IMG/VR virus record: IMGVR_UViG_3300033149_003588
Coordinates: 1-64,000 of that record
Direction: 5' to 3' (one strand)
DNA from: a virus
DNA: 64,000 nucleotides
How positions within the stretch are numbered: the stretch's first letter is position 1; each line of letters starts with the position of its first letter. The position numbers and the translations under genes were made by a program. The notes under the pieces were generated by a model. The model made no database searches and was not told where the DNA came from. It worked only from the letters and a program-made list of their open reading frames with translations. Of this stretch, positions 58,656 through 64,000 are shown one piece after another.

Positions 58656-60092
58656 CTAGGCTGTAGCCGTATCAGTTTCAAAACCAATATAAGCGGCAAG
58701 CCTTTTTTCGGGCGTGACTTCTTCATCATCACCAACTGTCACACCAACAGGCGGAGTCGCGAGCCCCTCGGTAATGTGCTGAATATAAGTAGCCTCGTCA
58801 TTAATTATGTCCACCATATCATCAACGGATTCACAAGCTAGCATAGCCGGGAAAATCCGTTCTTTAGATTCATCAGAAAGGTTACTCTCCTGAAGCAGCT
58901 GCTCAGCTAATCTAGTGGTCTCGTTCTTAACCACGCCATTGGTTAATTCCTCAATCTTGGCCCGAGTAGCAGCAATATCTTCATTCTGAGCGATTATAGT
59001 ATTAGTAAGCTGTTCAATAGTCTGCTGCTGCTCTAAGAATGCAGGATGCTGAGTAATGTCAATGAGCTGATCGCCTTCCTGAACTGGCTCAACACCAACC
59101 TGTTCAGTGTCTCCATACTCACCCTCATCATACTCATCCCCGTACTCATCTTCAACTATATAAACTTCATCAATATCAAGCCCCAAACTACCATCAGAAC
59201 TTTCCTGAATATAGTTTAAAATGGGGTCAAGCTGCATAATCTCGCCAGTCTCTTCATCCATAACATAACCATCGCTTTCCATAATGCTAACAAGATTAGT
59301 TATAAGCTCATCCCTTTCAGCAAGCTCAGCGTCATAATCAACCTTAGCATTAGTAATGATGGCTTCCACCAAATCGGGGCGCGATTCAGTAAGTTGTTCA
59401 ATGGTAACTTTATCTAGGCCTTCCATTGTAACCTCCTCAATGTTATTATCAATTATCTTCTTGTTGTCTATTCCACCATCAACATTGGTATTAATCATAC
59501 CTAATTCAGCCTCGGTCAAGCGCCTTATTTTACCGCCAGCAGAGGCCTCACTAACAAAATCAGCACACCTTACTGTATGTACATGCTGTACTACCTTTGT
59601 GGGTACACCATTAATATCTTTATCTTCTGTCTGGGCAATAATATCAATACTGATACCCAAGTCATCAAGAGCAGAATTGGCATGTAAATCTTTAATAAAA
59701 TTCTTAAAATCATCACGCACAAATTTAGCATCGGCCTCAATTACTTGTTTAGGACGTCCCATTATATCAACCCCGCCATCTGGATGATCTATAACCCTGG
59801 GATTCCTAATTAAAGCCACCCAATTATCAATGGGATGAGCAAGTCTACCTACATCATTGGGATCTTGATGATCTCTATACATCTTCTTACCGTCAAACAT
59901 CGGGGCCAATTGAGCAAGTATTTCAGGAGAATAATATATCCCTTGTTTGGATCTGCCCGATTCCATAAGAATAACAGTGGCGTCACTATCTTTATTAGAA
60001 CTAGCCTTTACTCGGCGGCCTAATCCGGCTTCTCTTATAAGATTTATATCATCGTTATTCATAAATCTGCTCATTAAATAGTGTTTAATCAA
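58656..60092 (-). CDS. Prohead protease fused to an acidic scaffold domain
   Basis: GRSKQGIYYSPE, MYRDH, GISI and ADFVSEASAGG protease motifs, then an acidic coiled coil. Confidence 0.85.
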   Translation of the reverse strand: MIKHYLMSRFMNNDDINLIREAGLGRRVKASSNKDSDATVILMESGRSKQGIYYSPEILAQLAPMFDGKKMYRDHQDPNDVGRLAHPIDNWVALIRNPRVIDHPDGGVDIMGRPKQVIEADAKFVRDDFKNFIKDLHANSALDDLGISIDIIAQTEDKDINGVPTKVVQHVHTVRCADFVSEASAGGKIRRLTEAELGMINTNVDGGIDNKKIIDNNIEEVTMEGLDKVTIEQLTESRPDLVEAIITNAKVDYDAELAERDELITNLVSIMESDGYVMDEETGEIMQLDPILNYIQESSDGSLGLDIDEVYIVEDEYGDEYDEGEYGDTEQVGVEPVQEGDQLIDITQHPAFLEQQQTIEQLTNTIIAQNEDIAATRAKIEELTNGVVKNETTRLAEQLLQESNLSDESKERIFPAMLACESVDDMVDIINDEATYIQHITEGLATPPVGVTVGDDEEVTPEKRLAAYIGFETDTATA

Positions 60093-60745
60093 CTAGATTC
60101 GTTCACATCTTCTTCTGTATTACCTATATCAGTAATCTGTTTGCGCAATAGCTCTATAAACTTGGTCACATCATCCTTATGCTTCAAAATAATAACTCTA
60201 TTAGGTGTAACCCACATACCATCTATCAATATTTTTTCATGAGGACCAGGATTTAATAAATGCTCAGATACGCTAAATACCGGATAATGTGCGGGACTAA
60301 GTATATGTTCTATAACATCATCTAACACGACATCACGAAGATTACCATTGTTATCACTAGTTTTAACCCCCATTATGCCAGACATATAAACATGAGCCAA
60401 CACTAATGGCCACAAATAAATTGGTATTTTATTAAGATCCACATCTAATAATGGTTTATCTAGCCTTTCATCAAGGTACTGACCCTTTATACCCTCTTGC
60501 GGTAAATCTGCTGCATTAGTCATAGATGTCTTCGATATCTCCCCAAGAGTCTTATCATCGCTAACCGCAGCTTCACATAGTGGATGTAAATCAACTGCCG
60601 ATATCAAAGAGCGAGCAAATAATATAGATTCTGTTACACGTTTTTTCTTATTCATATTATGCTTACTGTGTTTAACAAATTTGCGTGCAATATCGGGCTT
60701 TTGCGCCCACAAAAATCTACGTTGCTTCTCACTAACAAAAGGCAT
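60089..60745 (-). CDS. Hypothetical head-associated protein
   Basis: N-terminal MPFVSEKQRRFLWA motif; stop overlaps the protease start. Confidence 0.65.
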   Translation of the reverse strand: MPFVSEKQRRFLWAQKPDIARKFVKHSKHNMNKKKRVTESILFARSLISAVDLHPLCEAAVSDDKTLGEISKTSMTNAADLPQEGIKGQYLDERLDKPLLDVDLNKIPIYLWPLVLAHVYMSGIMGVKTSDNNGNLRDVVLDDVIEHILSPAHYPVFSVSEHLLNPGPHEKILIDGMWVTPNRVIILKHKDDVTKFIELLRKQITDIGNTEEDVNESS

Positions 60746-60826
60746 AATGTCGAATATGATATAACATAATTAAAACTATACTCTTTCATGGAAGACAAAC
60801 ACTATAATTATATATTATATTGCTAA

Positions 60827-63800
60827 TTACATCTTTGTTATTATGTGTTTAATCATCTCTAACTCCTCTTTTAATGCATTTAATACATCTTTGCTAAGAG
60901 GATATTCAGGATTTTGTAGAGTGTCGATTATTCTATTACCCCTATTGATAAGTAGTGCTTTTTTCAACTCCTCCTTACTAATCTTTCTTTTCCACCCACC
61001 GACACGCTTATACATAATACCATATCCCTTTCCAGCATCATCCAGCCATGCCCTAGATATCTGTTCGCTAGATAATTTCTTGGGTTTACCACGATATACC
61101 CTATCATGTGCATCAACATTAATATTCAATTTATCAATTAATTCTGGGTTATCACGAACCATGTCTATCAATGTATTAGTGGTGGCCCTATCATTTAATG
61201 TAATATCCACTATATCATGAGCTGCAGTATGTATATCATTAGCATGAGGCATCCTACGTAATGCACCAAAATCGTATCCGCTCATAAATATAGTATCTAA
61301 TGGATCCCATGGATTATAATAAAATAACTGCCATATAGTAAATTTTTCACCAGATTCAGTAGCTATGGGGGTAAGACCAATACGCCTAGCGTCAACAAAC
61401 GCATCACTCTGAAATACATAAGAACCAATTCTATATGTATTTTCAGTATTTGGGCGTCCTATGGGAATAGCTAATCGCATTATAGATTTAAATTGGGATA
61501 TATCAATGGGCATACCAAGCTGTGTTTCTATATCATGTCTAGCTTGTAAAACACTTTTCAAAAATTCTTGTGCTACTATAGAATATTCACTACTAGCTTC
61601 CATAGAATTAAATGAAAACGAGTTAATAACACCACCCAGAAAATCAGCACGATCACCAACATTTTTAACAGTGCCAATCCAGGGCTGTGCACCATGTATT
61701 CTTAGTGATGCATCAAGTAACAATCTACTGGGCATGTCAAGATCTGGATCTACATCAATACGAGTAAAGGCATTATTAACATTGGTTTCTACCCTAAATT
61801 TTATCGGAGCGGTACCCATATTTATATCTGCAAGTGCCGTGGCATCATCTATCCCTGCTTCTGCTGGCATATAAAATATCCTGCCATTCTGATAACAATA
61901 TCCAATCCATTTATGCTCGGTTATACCAGGCTGAGCGCCAGGGGCCCATGCGGTACCCAATATTAACTCACGTAATACGGTTTTCTTGCCAGTTACTGGA
62001 CTAATCACACTAGTATATGGACCACGCCACGCAGTCATAGTGAGACGTCCAATAACCTCGCGCGCCCTAGGAGTCAGTTTGCTCTTTATAAAATCTTGCC
62101 TAACAGTATCAAGTTTTCTCCATTGCCTAAGAAATTCTAATACACCAGGAGAACCAGTATTTTTCAATATGTCAACTAGTGACATATTCCAAAACTCAAG
62201 ATTGTGATCACTAACAGATATGTGACCAATCTTTTCTATTAATTTAGCTATTGCGGCACTTATCTTTTCTATATTGTTAGATACCCTGTCAGCAATATGG
62301 GCCGACATAGTACTCGTAATTTTCCATCTTAAATAAGATAATTCCTTTCCACCCAATTCACTAAATGATGGCCATTTATCAACAGCCCCCTTTAGTGGCA
62401 CACCACTAGGGTTAAACCCACCATATATCATATCATATATTTCCTTATTAGTATATAAACCTGTATCTTTCAACTCTTGTACAACTTTACCTACGGCCTC
62501 GACACCATAAAATTCCACACCACTAGGATCAGTATATAAATACTTGTCAAACAAAGCGATATTAAACGCTTCACATATCTTATCTTGCTCGGCATTCAGA
62601 ACAGACTTAATATCAAGTCCCAAAGAATCAACGAGTTCGGTTATAACCGAGTCAGCTGCTATTATACGTCCATTCACTATGTTCCTCGCCATAAGATCTA
62701 TGGCCATACTAATATCGCCAGACTCATAAAACATTTTTAGCGCGTCTTCAATTTCCCGAAGAGTTAATTCCTTGTGCCTTTCCGCAAGCTCTTCGGCACT
62801 AAGCCCTTCGTCACGATGTTCCTTAAATAAAGTAAACAATCTATCATATATATGATCGTGTGAAATACTACCCAATAAAACACGTATATCAGATGTCACA
62901 CCCCCATCTACCAATGAAACAGTATTATCTACTGCAATCTTTTGAATAGTCCGGACAATATCTGTGTTACCCTTGCTAAAATTTATCGCTGCATCAATAG
63001 AATCTGGTCCATACACAATTCTAGATATAAGACTTCTATTATATTTATCTTTAAACTCAGACCATAATTCGTCCCCACGTTTAACCGGCATAGCCTCCTT
63101 CCACTCATATATCTTATCATGGACAACCCGTGGAGATAACCCATTAGTAAATACCCCTTCCATATATAGTACACCATAATTAGAATTAACATTAAATCTG
63201 CCCCCCAAATCATCAGGCGAGGTTACAGCTAATTCAAACAAAGACTGCTGATATTCCACCTCACCAGCACTTCCAATCTTATCCCGTATTCTTGATAACC
63301 TTTTTCTATCTATCTCGACAGTAGAACGATTAGCCATTACAGCAGTGGGGAGGAATATTGGTGTATAAGTACACCTACATCTTCTATGACGTGGTAGAAC
63401 TGGCATTATGTGCCACTTTTCTTGTGGATAAATCTTGCCAGCATCAGCCAGGCAAACCGGACAAGTCATATTATCCATTACAACAGTAATCATAATGCCT
63501 TGCAATAAATCAGCATTGTCATTCATAAGCTGCTTTACAGCCGTGTTCACATATACACGCGCAAAATCCTGATATACAGCATATCTCCCAACCATCTTAT
63601 CTTTGCCACTATATTGCCCCCTCAATATACCATATATATTATCTTCTAATCTATTAAAATTAGTACCAAGATAGGCCTCTGGATTATTCTTAACCCTCAT
63701 TTCTAAATCATCAAGATCTTTATACATATCTAATAATAAACGCCTATCATAGTGTGACAATGTTAATTTATTATCTTTAAACCCAATCTTACTATATATC

Positions 63801-64000
63801 CTCCTCATCGTGGCCATAGTCTTACGATTATCAACAGTTACACCGATATCAGAATACATGGTATTAACAAGAGCCGAATTAGAAACTATAGTATCATGTA
63901 TACTCTTATCAATCTCACTAGACAATATACTGTTCCCAACTATCGAATCTATAACTTCCAAACCCCAATCATGCCCAATCCTCCCAAGTAATTTTTTAAT
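60827..64000 (-). CDS. MuF / SPP1 gp7-like head morphogenesis protein with a long C-terminal extension (5' end outside the window)
   Basis: DNMTCPVC...G...PRHRRCRCT motif; the frame is open to base 64000. Confidence 0.8.
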   Translation of the reverse strand: MKKLLGRIGHDWGLEVIDSIVGNSILSSEIDKSIHDTIVSNSALVNTMYSDIGVTVDNRKTMATMRRIYSKIGFKDNKLTLSHYDRRLLLDMYKDLDDLEMRVKNNPEAYLGTNFNRLEDNIYGILRGQYSGKDKMVGRYAVYQDFARVYVNTAVKQLMNDNADLLQGIMITVVMDNMTCPVCLADAGKIYPQEKWHIMPVLPRHRRCRCTYTPIFLPTAVMANRSTVEIDRKRLSRIRDKIGSAGEVEYQQSLFELAVTSPDDLGGRFNVNSNYGVLYMEGVFTNGLSPRVVHDKIYEWKEAMPVKRGDELWSEFKDKYNRSLISRIVYGPDSIDAAINFSKGNTDIVRTIQKIAVDNTVSLVDGGVTSDIRVLLGSISHDHIYDRLFTLFKEHRDEGLSAEELAERHKELTLREIEDALKMFYESGDISMAIDLMARNIVNGRIIAADSVITELVDSLGLDIKSVLNAEQDKICEAFNIALFDKYLYTDPSGVEFYGVEAVGKVVQELKDTGLYTNKEIYDMIYGGFNPSGVPLKGAVDKWPSFSELGGKELSYLRWKITSTMSAHIADRVSNNIEKISAAIAKLIEKIGHISVSDHNLEFWNMSLVDILKNTGSPGVLEFLRQWRKLDTVRQDFIKSKLTPRAREVIGRLTMTAWRGPYTSVISPVTGKKTVLRELILGTAWAPGAQPGITEHKWIGYCYQNGRIFYMPAEAGIDDATALADINMGTAPIKFRVETNVNNAFTRIDVDPDLDMPSRLLLDASLRIHGAQPWIGTVKNVGDRADFLGGVINSFSFNSMEASSEYSIVAQEFLKSVLQARHDIETQLGMPIDISQFKSIMRLAIPIGRPNTENTYRIGSYVFQSDAFVDARRIGLTPIATESGEKFTIWQLFYYNPWDPLDTIFMSGYDFGALRRMPHANDIHTAAHDIVDITLNDRATTNTLIDMVRDNPELIDKLNINVDAHDRVYRGKPKKLSSEQISRAWLDDAGKGYGIMYKRVGGWKRKISKEELKKALLINRGNRIIDTLQNPEYPLSKDVLNALKEELEMIKHIITKM

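Noticed and set aside
1784-63179. Plus-strand ORFs in the track
   Set aside because: Nearly all are antisense to well-supported minus-strand genes and show no recognisable motifs. The two in the 11.3-kb gap just translate the tandem repeat.
1-64000. Stop-codon reassignment, introns or inteins
   Set aside because: Genes are long and tightly packed under the standard code and all three stops are used; no split conserved gene or intein motif was noticed.

Overview
A 64-kb piece of a tailed (siphovirus-like) bacteriophage genome. It uses the standard genetic code and essentially all real genes are on the minus strand. In transcription order (right to left) it holds: (1) a head module with a 5'-truncated MuF/gp7-like protein, a prohead protease-scaffold, a capsid cement protein and the major capsid protein; (2) a block of small basic genes interleaved with lysis genes, a metallophosphoesterase and a 77-nt tmRNA-like RNA; (3) neck/tail genes, including the tail tube, a chaperone with a -1 frameshift, the tape measure, tail-tip and receptor-binding proteins; (4) a glycosylation and nucleotide-metabolism cassette; (5) an AT-rich non-coding junction at about 11.25-11.78 kb; and (6) an 'early/accessory' region with strong Shine-Dalgarno sites, containing an adenosine deaminase, a MoxR AAA-vWA/peptidase pair and at least 4 tandem DUF4116-like repeat genes. 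Three observations stand out. First, 11 otherwise unrelated small basic proteins share an N-terminal ~10-aa leader (M-[ILVF]-I-P-I-x-x-I-Q-E), consistent with a capsid-targeting/protease-cleavage system for packaged cargo analogous to T4 internal proteins. Second, there is a tmRNA mimic consisting only of the tRNA-like domain, with the G3-U70 alanine identity pair. Third, a family of unannotated 16-34 codon leader ORFs overlaps the ribosome-binding sites of early genes. All product calls come from motif recognition by eye; no database searches were run.
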